Shown here in pieces: positions 18,460 to 26,637 of a stretch of DNA of 64,000 nt. The DNA is taken from the NCBI GenBank assembly GCA_963666365.2, contig CAXXNF010000002.1, forward strand, positions 704,001 to 768,000. Reading direction: 5' to 3'. Made by a program: the position numbers and the translations under genes. The notes beneath the pieces are model-generated. The model worked only from the letters and a program-made list of their open reading frames with translations. It had not been told where the DNA came from and made no database searches. The stretch's first letter is position 1, and every line of letters starts with the position of its first letter. This stretch comes from Syntrophales bacterium. Lineage in GTDB: Bacteria > Desulfobacterota > Syntrophia > Syntrophales > UBA2210.

Positions 18460-20172
18460 TCAATGGTCATAATGCAGTAGAATTCGTTGCTGGCCGTTTT
18501 TTTCGGAGACATCGATCCTGTCCACGTCTCTGCATATCAGGCAAAGAGAAAGCCCTATGGTGGAAATTGATTCCTCCATGATCTGGGGTTTTTCGTACAC
18601 TTCCATGGCGTCTATCGGACTTCCCTCATAGTAGAGGACCAGATCAAGGTTGAATTCATCGAAGGTCATATCCAAACGGACCGGCTTTTCCGTCAACCCC
18701 TCGGCAGTGATCATTTCCATGGATTCGTTTAAGGCCGAAATTGCCCGGTTCACTATATCCTGGCGCGCCCCCCACTGGGCGCCCTGCTGTTCTATCATAT
18801 CCCTGATTTGTTCGTAGGTTGTCTTCCCTGTCTCCAGAAACCGGCTGCTTGTTTTCTTCAAACCGATTTGAAATATCAGCGTCAGTCCGATGGCAAGAAC
18901 TGTGGCAATGTAGAGAGGCGAGGTAACTATGGGACGAACCCAGGGATTCTCGATTTGAGTGTAGATCTGTAACAGCGCCGAAACGCTCAAACCGAAGATC
19001 ATAGAAATACCGAGGATGAAAATCTTTCGCGGGTCCATCATGCGGGACATCATAATCTGAAAACCGGTGAAAATAATAAAACACACGGCAAAAAGCGGTG
19101 TGGCGCCCATCACCGGTTGGGGCATAACCACAAACACCTCTGCGAAGCGGGGTAAAAATGCCAGGATAATAAGGATGGCGCCCGTGGTAAATGCGATGCT
19201 TCGGCTTGTTGCCCCCGTCCCCAGCGAGAGACCGATATTACTCGATGCCGTCGATTGCCCCATCGCTCCCACCAAACCGCTGATGCTCATGCCCATTCCT
19301 TCTGCAAAAAGTCCCTTTCTGATGCTGTCCATATCCGGCCGCTTCCAGTCCGCATCATTGATTTTCTGACATGTCGTCAGATTTCCTATTGTTTTGACCG
19401 ACGCACAGAGACTGGCAATGGCAAAGGGCAGTATCAATGATGAGTCAAACGACCAGTGGAGAAGGCCGACATCAGGCAGAGCTATAAGGGGTTTACTGAA
19501 AATCTGCTCGATTCTTGCGGGCGGTAGAAGTCCGGTCAGAATAGAGATGGTATATCCCGTCACCATCCCTATAATGACGGAAAAAAGGCGTAATCTTCCT
19601 TTGCTCCAGACCGTTATGGCCGCCATAATCCCCAGCGTAATTATAGATATGATAAGCACATGGGGGTTGATGGCGGAGTGGTGTTCCGTGATACCAAGAA
19701 AATTCCGCACCGCAACCGGAATGACCGATATACCGACCATTGCCACCACAAGTCCCATCACTTCCGGCGTAAAGATCTTCCGCATGCGGTGTACAATCCG
19801 GGAAATAATCATTTCCAGGACGCCGCTTAAGGCAGTCATCCCGAGAACTAGGGGAAGACCGCCGAGTCTTGCTGCCAGTAAAGAAGCGGAAATATACGCA
19901 GGTTCGCATACGGATGGGGCAAAATATCCCGACCCGACACCTTTTTTGTTGAGTGCCTGCAGCAGGGTGGAAATTCCTCCCGCCAGGAGGGACATACTGA
20001 CAAAGAAACCCGCCACACTCTGCGACGCTCCCATCCCCTGCACGACGATCATGGCGAAGATCAACGCAGTTGTCACATGGAAGCTGTGCTGAAGGCCCAG
20101 CAATATACATGTAGGCAACGGGACAGGATCATCCACACCATAGATCAGGCTGGAGGGTTTACGTCTTTTCAT
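18460..20172 (-). CDS. NCS2 (xanthine/uracil) family permease with C-terminal RsbW/HATPase-like extension
   Basis: LGLQH TM1 motif, SNIG...TGATSR signature region; ~130 aa soluble tail. Confidence 0.85.
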   Translation of the reverse strand: MKRRKPSSLIYGVDDPVPLPTCILLGLQHSFHVTTALIFAMIVVQGMGASQSVAGFFVSMSLLAGGISTLLQALNKKGVGSGYFAPSVCEPAYISASLLAARLGGLPLVLGMTALSGVLEMIISRIVHRMRKIFTPEVMGLVVAMVGISVIPVAVRNFLGITEHHSAINPHVLIISIITLGIMAAITVWSKGRLRLFSVIIGMVTGYTISILTGLLPPARIEQIFSKPLIALPDVGLLHWSFDSSLILPFAIASLCASVKTIGNLTTCQKINDADWKRPDMDSIRKGLFAEGMGMSISGLVGAMGQSTASSNIGLSLGTGATSRSIAFTTGAILIILAFLPRFAEVFVVMPQPVMGATPLFAVCFIIFTGFQIMMSRMMDPRKIFILGISMIFGLSVSALLQIYTQIENPWVRPIVTSPLYIATVLAIGLTLIFQIGLKKTSSRFLETGKTTYEQIRDMIEQQGAQWGARQDIVNRAISALNESMEMITAEGLTEKPVRLDMTFDEFNLDLVLYYEGSPIDAMEVYEKPQIMEESISTIGLSLCLICRDVDRIDVSEKNGQQRILLHYDH

Positions 20173-20330
20173 GGTCGGGGGTACTCATTACGATAGTGCG
20201 CCTCGCTATCTTTTTTTACGAAGCAATCATAGATAGTCTAAATAATTTTCTTTTGTAATGCAATCCAGGATGTGAGAAATATCAGCGCATGTTCACCGTA
20301 TTTTTGCCCTGCATTGTGGACACTATTTTA

Positions 20331-20359
20331 TTGACACGCAATCAGCCCTACCCCTATAG
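20331..20359 (+). promoter_or_regulatory. sigma70 promoter
   Basis: TTGACA-N17-TATAGT. Confidence 0.6.
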
Positions 20360-20475
20360 TTATACGTCATGTAGGTACTATTTGATGGAACAGTAACCGG
20401 TTAGAAAACGAACGATGAGATCATTATTAGGATTGACTTCCCAAAACGGATGCATTTTTAAAAAAGGAGACACCT

Positions 20476-20877
20476 ATGCGGGGAGTTTCAAAGTTGATTG
20501 TAATGAGTTTAATTGTTCATGCCTTCCTCGTTACGTTTACCACAGCAGCACATTCCTGGACGGCATACGTTACAAATACTACACCTTGTACCATTAAAGT
20601 CCGGGTTGAATATGGTGCTTTGGGCGCCAAAGTACAAGAGGCTTACATTGAACCATATGGGTCAAAATCATTTAATACCGGAAGCGATTGCGGACTTAAC
20701 CTTTGCGTATTTCACCAGGGACGAGATTTAAAGGGTGAATGTAACGGTTCCTACACCATCAATGCAGAACGCTGCTTCGTAAAAAATTACTCCTTTAATA
20801 CCTGTATGCATGGCTGCTGGGATACCACATGGACTATAGTGGGCACAAGGCCCGAGGATATTAAGCGCAGTCCATGA
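20476..20877 (+). CDS. Secreted Cys-rich hypothetical protein
   Basis: AGGAG RBS, signal peptide ending AHS, 7 Cys in the mature part. Confidence 0.7.
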   Translation: MRGVSKLIVMSLIVHAFLVTFTTAAHSWTAYVTNTTPCTIKVRVEYGALGAKVQEAYIEPYGSKSFNTGSDCGLNLCVFHQGRDLKGECNGSYTINAERCFVKNYSFNTCMHGCWDTTWTIVGTRPEDIKRSP

Positions 20878-21007
20878 CATTCTTCCCAGGTTCCACAGTC
20901 CATATACGGTCTCAAATGACATGATAAGGCTTTGTAAGTATGTTCTTGCTTGAGATGGATATGCCGTTTGATTCTTGCATTATTGCGTGATTGAAAGGAG
21001 ACAACAG

Positions 21008-21925
21008 ATGAAGTTTAGAAAGCAGAGGCGGTTCTGGGTATGTGTCATGCTGACAGTACTCGCTATGATAGGTTCTTATGCATCGGCATCGGCTGCAACA
21101 GGAGATCCTGCGCTTTTAAAAGCGCTCTCCAGGGTAAAAATATTCGCGAGCCTGACCGATGGTGAGCTGCATGCGCTGCAATCGGCAGCCACGCTGTGCC
21201 ATATGAAGGCCGGAGAGTATCTGACACGATCGGACATGACTATTGATACCATGTTCATCGTTCTCGACGGTAAGGCAGAAGTGTTTCGAAAGGGCACGCT
21301 CGTTGCCACCTTGTCAGGTCAGTTTTTCATTGGCGAAACGGAGTTTCTTGTCAAGCTTCCCACCTTCGTGGATGTTATTATCGCCAAAGAAACCGATGTC
21401 ATAGAGGTGCGCAATGCCGCGCTCAATGATCTGATGGAACGATATCCACGCATCGGATTCGTAATAATGAGCGAACTTGCCAAAATTGAAGCCCAGAGAC
21501 TCCGGGCTACCACCATCGCAGAAACTGCAGGCGCCGCAAATAAAGATACTGCTGCCATCGACAAGGTTCGCGTGGACTTTAATGAAGCCTATAACAGAGG
21601 CAACGCTCAGGCACTGGCCGCACTTCTGGATCATCACGCCGTCTGGCTGCCTCCCGGTGAATCCCCTGTCGTCGGCCGGGAAACAATTGAAGCACGTTAC
21701 GCAAACTTTTTCACCAAGATTCACTCAACCTTCGAACTTCACGCCGGCGACATTCAAGTGTGCGGCGATTACGCATTCCTGAACAGCATCTGGAGTCGAA
21801 CAGACAAGTCCAGGGCGGGAGGAGAAATCAGAAAGGTGTCGGGCCATTTTCTGTGGATTTTAAAGAAACAGCATGACGGTGCCTGGAAGGTTGTTCGCGA
21901 CATATGGAACGAACTCAAACCATAG
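21008..21925 (+). CDS. Signal peptide + cNMP-binding-like domain + SnoaL/NTF2-like (DUF4440) fusion
   Basis: MFIVLDGKAEV...GQFFIGE; FNEAYNRGNAQALAAL...KQHDGAWKVVRDIWN. Confidence 0.75.
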   Translation: MKFRKQRRFWVCVMLTVLAMIGSYASASAATGDPALLKALSRVKIFASLTDGELHALQSAATLCHMKAGEYLTRSDMTIDTMFIVLDGKAEVFRKGTLVATLSGQFFIGETEFLVKLPTFVDVIIAKETDVIEVRNAALNDLMERYPRIGFVIMSELAKIEAQRLRATTIAETAGAANKDTAAIDKVRVDFNEAYNRGNAQALAALLDHHAVWLPPGESPVVGRETIEARYANFFTKIHSTFELHAGDIQVCGDYAFLNSIWSRTDKSRAGGEIRKVSGHFLWILKKQHDGAWKVVRDIWNELKP

Positions 21926-21972
21926 AATATCCAGGTTAATTCTCGGGTGATCCAGGGAAAAATGAGGTTCCG

Positions 21973-23778
21973 ATGAAGCGATGCGTATTCGAGAAAATCA
22001 TTGCAGTATGTCTGAGCGTGCTCTGTCTTTTGCTGGGATGCTCGGACGATAGGACCGTTATAATTGCAACGCCCCCGTCAACCGGGAGCATCAGCGGAAC
22101 GGTATATGCGTCGGGAGGGCAGGCGGGCACGGTCTTCGTGACGGCAATCAGGACAAACAATGCAAACCTTCAGCACGATATCAGAGTGATGGAAACGGAA
22201 CCCAAGGCCTATCTGTCGGATAAGGTTTCTGGGTATAACCGGCTTTCTTCGCCCGGAACTTACTGCATTTCGAATCTGCCGGAAGGGGAATACGCGCTCT
22301 TTGCATGGATCGACGTCAACGAAGACGGAAGCGTCGACCATCTTGATTATGCAGAACCCACCGGGTGGCATCAAAATCGAACCCACCTGGCTCCCATTTT
22401 ATTGACAGTGGCCGCGGGGTGTTCCGTTGAAGGTATCGACATTGAAGTGATTGCGCCGACCCCCTACTCCTCTCAGGATCTCACCATAACGTTCGGTCAG
22501 GGGGGAGGCAGCCTGAAAACGGTCAAAAGTCATAAAGTATTACACCTGTGGGGAACGGATCTGGAAAAAGCCTATTGCCGGGGATATATGCTGGCGCCCC
22601 AGATTCTGGATTGGATCAACTACTTGCTTGTCGAGCACTACGCCAAGTCCGTTGACAACTACGAAAATAACTACTTGCCGGTGATAGTCGACCGCACGGG
22701 AGGGATGGATCCCTATCAAGGTGAAATAAATACATTGCTTCAGGGGATGCGTGATCGACTTCCCGATCTCAGGCTCCCCTGGCTGGAACGTGATATCACC
22801 GCCGATGACATCCGCGGGTTGAACAACCTCTATATGTCGGCGCTGCTGCCAATGAGGAACAGATGGCCTTTGGAGAAAAATCCCGCACCCCTTGCCGTTG
22901 ATGCACTCTTTTTCTGCACCAATGCATCCTTTTGGGGAACCTGGACAGATAACGCGGAAGTAAACGGCGGGCTTATTGTCGGCAAAAACATGGATGGCGA
23001 AAATGATTTAAGAAAAATTACGGTCAATACACTGCTGGTGGTGGCCGTCGAGCCAGAACCGGGGAGCGGACGCAAAAAATACATCGGCATCGATTGGCCC
23101 GGTTTTATCGGCACACAAAACGGCATGAATGAAGACGGGTTGATCCTGACGCCTCAGGCAGCGGCGACTATGCCGAACTGGGATGCATTCGATTTTCTGG
23201 ATTATTCCATTCTCTACCGGGAGACACTGGAACGATGCACCACCATTTCCGATGCTGAAAATTACTGGCTGAACAGGGTGCATACCAAAATATCGGGATT
23301 CAATACGGCCCTGTCCGCCCCCTATACTTCAGGACAACTTTCCTGTCCTTCGGTTACGTTCGAAACGGACTCCTTCGGCGGCGCTATTCGCGAACCCCTC
23401 GATTTTACGCCCTGTGATCCTGATGCCATCCTTACGACGAATACGTTCTTTAAATACTCAGGCGTGTATCCCGAAGCTGTTGCGATTACAGGAAGCTACC
23501 AATCCGAGCTACACCGCACCAACTACCGCTACCTGGCCATGCTGGAACTGATGGACCACTACCGGAAGCAATCGAAAACAGTGGGCACACCGGAAATAAT
23601 AGAAATCCTTCAGTCAGCTTCCATTACCGAACAGTATCAGGACATTACGGAATGGAGTTTTATCGGATACCCCAACAAAAAAATGTTCGCTCTGGCAAAG
23701 GAGGATTTACACAACAAATTGCTCAATGCTTCCTACGGAAGTTTTTCCACCTTTACCTTTGATGAGGTTTTTCAATAA
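21973..23778 (+). CDS. Lipoprotein, C45-like Ntn hydrolase/acyltransferase with N-terminal beta-sandwich
   Basis: LLGC lipobox; internal C-T-N nucleophile site, GKNMD, PGFIG...GMNEDGL. Confidence 0.75.
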   Translation: MKRCVFEKIIAVCLSVLCLLLGCSDDRTVIIATPPSTGSISGTVYASGGQAGTVFVTAIRTNNANLQHDIRVMETEPKAYLSDKVSGYNRLSSPGTYCISNLPEGEYALFAWIDVNEDGSVDHLDYAEPTGWHQNRTHLAPILLTVAAGCSVEGIDIEVIAPTPYSSQDLTITFGQGGGSLKTVKSHKVLHLWGTDLEKAYCRGYMLAPQILDWINYLLVEHYAKSVDNYENNYLPVIVDRTGGMDPYQGEINTLLQGMRDRLPDLRLPWLERDITADDIRGLNNLYMSALLPMRNRWPLEKNPAPLAVDALFFCTNASFWGTWTDNAEVNGGLIVGKNMDGENDLRKITVNTLLVVAVEPEPGSGRKKYIGIDWPGFIGTQNGMNEDGLILTPQAAATMPNWDAFDFLDYSILYRETLERCTTISDAENYWLNRVHTKISGFNTALSAPYTSGQLSCPSVTFETDSFGGAIREPLDFTPCDPDAILTTNTFFKYSGVYPEAVAITGSYQSELHRTNYRYLAMLELMDHYRKQSKTVGTPEIIEILQSASITEQYQDITEWSFIGYPNKKMFALAKEDLHNKLLNASYGSFSTFTFDEVFQ

Positions 23779-23819
23779 GGGAAAAACTCAGGACAGCATC
23801 TTGAATATCGATCTTTTCG

Positions 23820-23848
23820 TTGACATATACCCCCGTCGTGCCTATACT
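23820..23848 (+). promoter_or_regulatory. sigma70 promoter
   Basis: TTGACA-N17-TATACT. Confidence 0.6.
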
Positions 23849-23909
23849 CCCCCACAATAGTTTATTCTTCGTTACAATTCACGCACAATAATCGGATACA
23901 GCGAATGCA

Positions 23910-25646
23910 GTGAAAGGAGAAAGATCATTGCTGGCCAATCAGGTATGGCAGCCGCTGCCGGGAACCCGCCAGGCTGAGATATATCCCTATTTCCGCAATC
24001 CCGACCTTATTTCGTCGAATTCCTGTCTGATCCGCACACCGGAGCAGGTCATTCTCATCGACCCCGGCGCACTTTCCACACAGACCGCCGATCTCGGCCG
24101 TATCATGGAGGAATGTCAGCAAGAGCGTTCCCGGCCTGTAATAATCTATCTCACCCATTGTCACTATGATCATTCTCTGCATTTGGGCGCCTACCGGCAG
24201 ACATTGAAAACAACTTCGGTCTGGATCGCTGTGAAAGATGAAGGGGCCGATTATTTGATCGAGGGGGATCGGAAAGTAACTGCCGCCGAACTGTATGGAA
24301 TGCCCTATCCCTGCGTACAGCCCGATATACGTCTGCTGACGGGACAGGATAGAAAGAGAGGGGCTCCCCGCTACATCCGTCTCTCCCAGGAAGTGATGCT
24401 GACACTGCGCACAGAAGAAGTCCTCGCGGATTTCAGAAAACCGTTAATTCGTCAAGTAGTCTCCATAGGCGGCGGCGATTTTTTCGAGATCTATCCAACA
24501 CCGGGGCACAGTCCGGACAGTATCTGCATTCGCGCCGGTGAGATTCTTTTTATCGGCGATCTCTTGGCTGCGGCAAGACCGATGATTGCAGGAATGTCCG
24601 GATGGGACAGAGAGGACCTCATCGATACGCTTGAACAGGTGCAATGGATTCTTTCCAACACAGTGGTGCGCTTTTGCTATCCCGGGCATGGCGGGCTCAT
24701 CCCCGCCGATAAAGTAAGCGATATGTTACAGGCGATGCACCACCAGGTGCATCGCCTGTCCGATGTCTCTGAAATGAACGAAGATCGCCTCTTTGAGATA
24801 ACGGGTTATGCGCAGGAACTTATCGATGAGGCGGAGGAGGTTTTTTCATCCATCGCAGGTCGGATCCTGTACGTGGCATATCAGCTTGAACGGTTGGAGG
24901 AAGAAGAAGCGGCACAACGCTGTCGCGATTCAATGCACATGGACCGGATCGACGACTGCCTGATGGAATTCAGGAATCTCTGCCATTCCTTCGATGCCGG
25001 AAAAATGTTTCGGGTGGAATTTGCCTTTGATGCATTGCGTTTAGTGACAAAACTGAAAACTCTCTTTGACACCCGTCCCTTGAGCGCTATTCTGCCTCAG
25101 CCGCTTCTCAACAGAGGGACCAGGCTGCTTCTTGATTTTATTGGAATTGCCCATGGTCATCGCAATCCAGAGGAATTCATTCCCACCGACTTCAATGCGC
25201 TGATTGAAGGAATAGTGCAGGCATGGCAGAGCAATCCTCATCTGGATGAATCTATCGTTGACCTTGTGGACGATTATGAAAAATATCTGGCTTCCCTTGT
25301 CCTCCGTATCGGTCATGAGCCTGTGTCCGCTCAGACGAAGTTGTATGTTTCCCCTGCGGAGAACCTGCCTTTGGCAACAGTTGCCGCCGCTCGTCTTTTT
25401 GACATGGTGATGGACTTGCTCCAATGGATTAAACGTTCGAGCCCCGCGTCCATCACCATTGCTGCGGACATTGACCGCGGCTGTCCCCTGATCAGAATAA
25501 CGACCGAAAACCGTGATGTACCATCGCTCACGCCACGGGATGAGAAAAAAATCCGTTCCTTTACGCGCCGCTTTCTCATGTGCGGGCTTAACCTGAAAAC
25601 GGAACAAAACGATTTCCGGTTGACCTTGATCAACGAGGCGCATTAG
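23910..25646 (+). CDS. MBL-fold metallo-hydrolase with helical and degenerate histidine-kinase-like C-terminus
   Basis: THCHYDH, PGHSPD, GD, PGHG metal ligands; long C-terminal region. Confidence 0.8.
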   Translation: MKGERSLLANQVWQPLPGTRQAEIYPYFRNPDLISSNSCLIRTPEQVILIDPGALSTQTADLGRIMEECQQERSRPVIIYLTHCHYDHSLHLGAYRQTLKTTSVWIAVKDEGADYLIEGDRKVTAAELYGMPYPCVQPDIRLLTGQDRKRGAPRYIRLSQEVMLTLRTEEVLADFRKPLIRQVVSIGGGDFFEIYPTPGHSPDSICIRAGEILFIGDLLAAARPMIAGMSGWDREDLIDTLEQVQWILSNTVVRFCYPGHGGLIPADKVSDMLQAMHHQVHRLSDVSEMNEDRLFEITGYAQELIDEAEEVFSSIAGRILYVAYQLERLEEEEAAQRCRDSMHMDRIDDCLMEFRNLCHSFDAGKMFRVEFAFDALRLVTKLKTLFDTRPLSAILPQPLLNRGTRLLLDFIGIAHGHRNPEEFIPTDFNALIEGIVQAWQSNPHLDESIVDLVDDYEKYLASLVLRIGHEPVSAQTKLYVSPAENLPLATVAAARLFDMVMDLLQWIKRSSPASITIAADIDRGCPLIRITTENRDVPSLTPRDEKKIRSFTRRFLMCGLNLKTEQNDFRLTLINEAH

Positions 25647-25726
25647 GGCATTGAAATATTCTGGCCTTCTTGCCGCCAGGCCCTGCAATATCGAGTTTTT
25701 ATGCGATACCCCGTTTATTCGGATCG

Positions 25727-26542
25727 TCAGGCTTTTTCAGTTGCGTCCAGACCGCCGGCAAGCAGAACCCCTCCATCTACAACGATTTCTGCGCCGGTGG
25801 TGTAATTGGAGGCGGCCGTCGCAAAATAGAGCGCTGCTCCCACTATTTCATCGGGTTCGCCGATTCGCCCCATGGGAGTGATGCGCGCCATTTCCTCTTT
25901 CCCCTTTTTCTGCTCTTCCTCGGGGAGATGGAACCAGTGCGAATCAAGCATCTTTGTGCTGATCGGTCCCGGTGCAATCGTATTGACCTGAATGTTGTAA
26001 GGCGCCAGTTCCATAGCAAAGGCCTTGGTAATCATGCGGACGCCAGCTTTTGAAATGCTGTATACGCTTACCCCCGGCTCCGGCTTGAATCCGTCGACTG
26101 ATGCAATATTTATTATTTTTCCACCCCCCTGCTTCTGCATGATCCTGGCTGCCGCCTGGCTCGTAAAATAAAGCCCTCTGAGATTCAGATTCATAATGGT
26201 TTCCCAAAGCCGTTCGTCCGATTCCAGCACGCTGCCCATGGCCGGGCTGGCGCCGGCGTTGTTGACCAAAACATCGATTCTGCCATATTTCTCCATCACG
26301 GTGTCGATCAGCTTTTCTATTTCTTCCGTCTTGCCAAGATGTGACTGTAGGGCAACAGCCTCGCCGCCGAATGCCTTGATTTCAGAAACATTTGCTTCAA
26401 GATCGGCTATTTTGCGGCTCGTGAGCACTACCTTTGCACCCGCCCCGGCAAACCCCAAGGCAATCGCTTTTCCAATTCCCCTGCTGCTTCCCGTTACAAT
26501 CGCTACTTTTTCCTCCAAAGAAAATCTGGATACATCGAACAT
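25727..26542 (-). CDS. Short-chain dehydrogenase/reductase (SDR)
   Basis: TGSSRGIG, NNAG, YSISK. Confidence 0.95.
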   Translation of the reverse strand: MFDVSRFSLEEKVAIVTGSSRGIGKAIALGFAGAGAKVVLTSRKIADLEANVSEIKAFGGEAVALQSHLGKTEEIEKLIDTVMEKYGRIDVLVNNAGASPAMGSVLESDERLWETIMNLNLRGLYFTSQAAARIMQKQGGGKIINIASVDGFKPEPGVSVYSISKAGVRMITKAFAMELAPYNIQVNTIAPGPISTKMLDSHWFHLPEEEQKKGKEEMARITPMGRIGEPDEIVGAALYFATAASNYTTGAEIVVDGGVLLAGGLDATEKA

Positions 26543-26637
26543 GGTGTATAACCTCCTTTGAGTTGATTAATGGAACGCTCATTTTTCAAAGCGCTGTAAC
26601 TGACTGAATAATGGATCGTTATTTCCTTTTTGTACCT

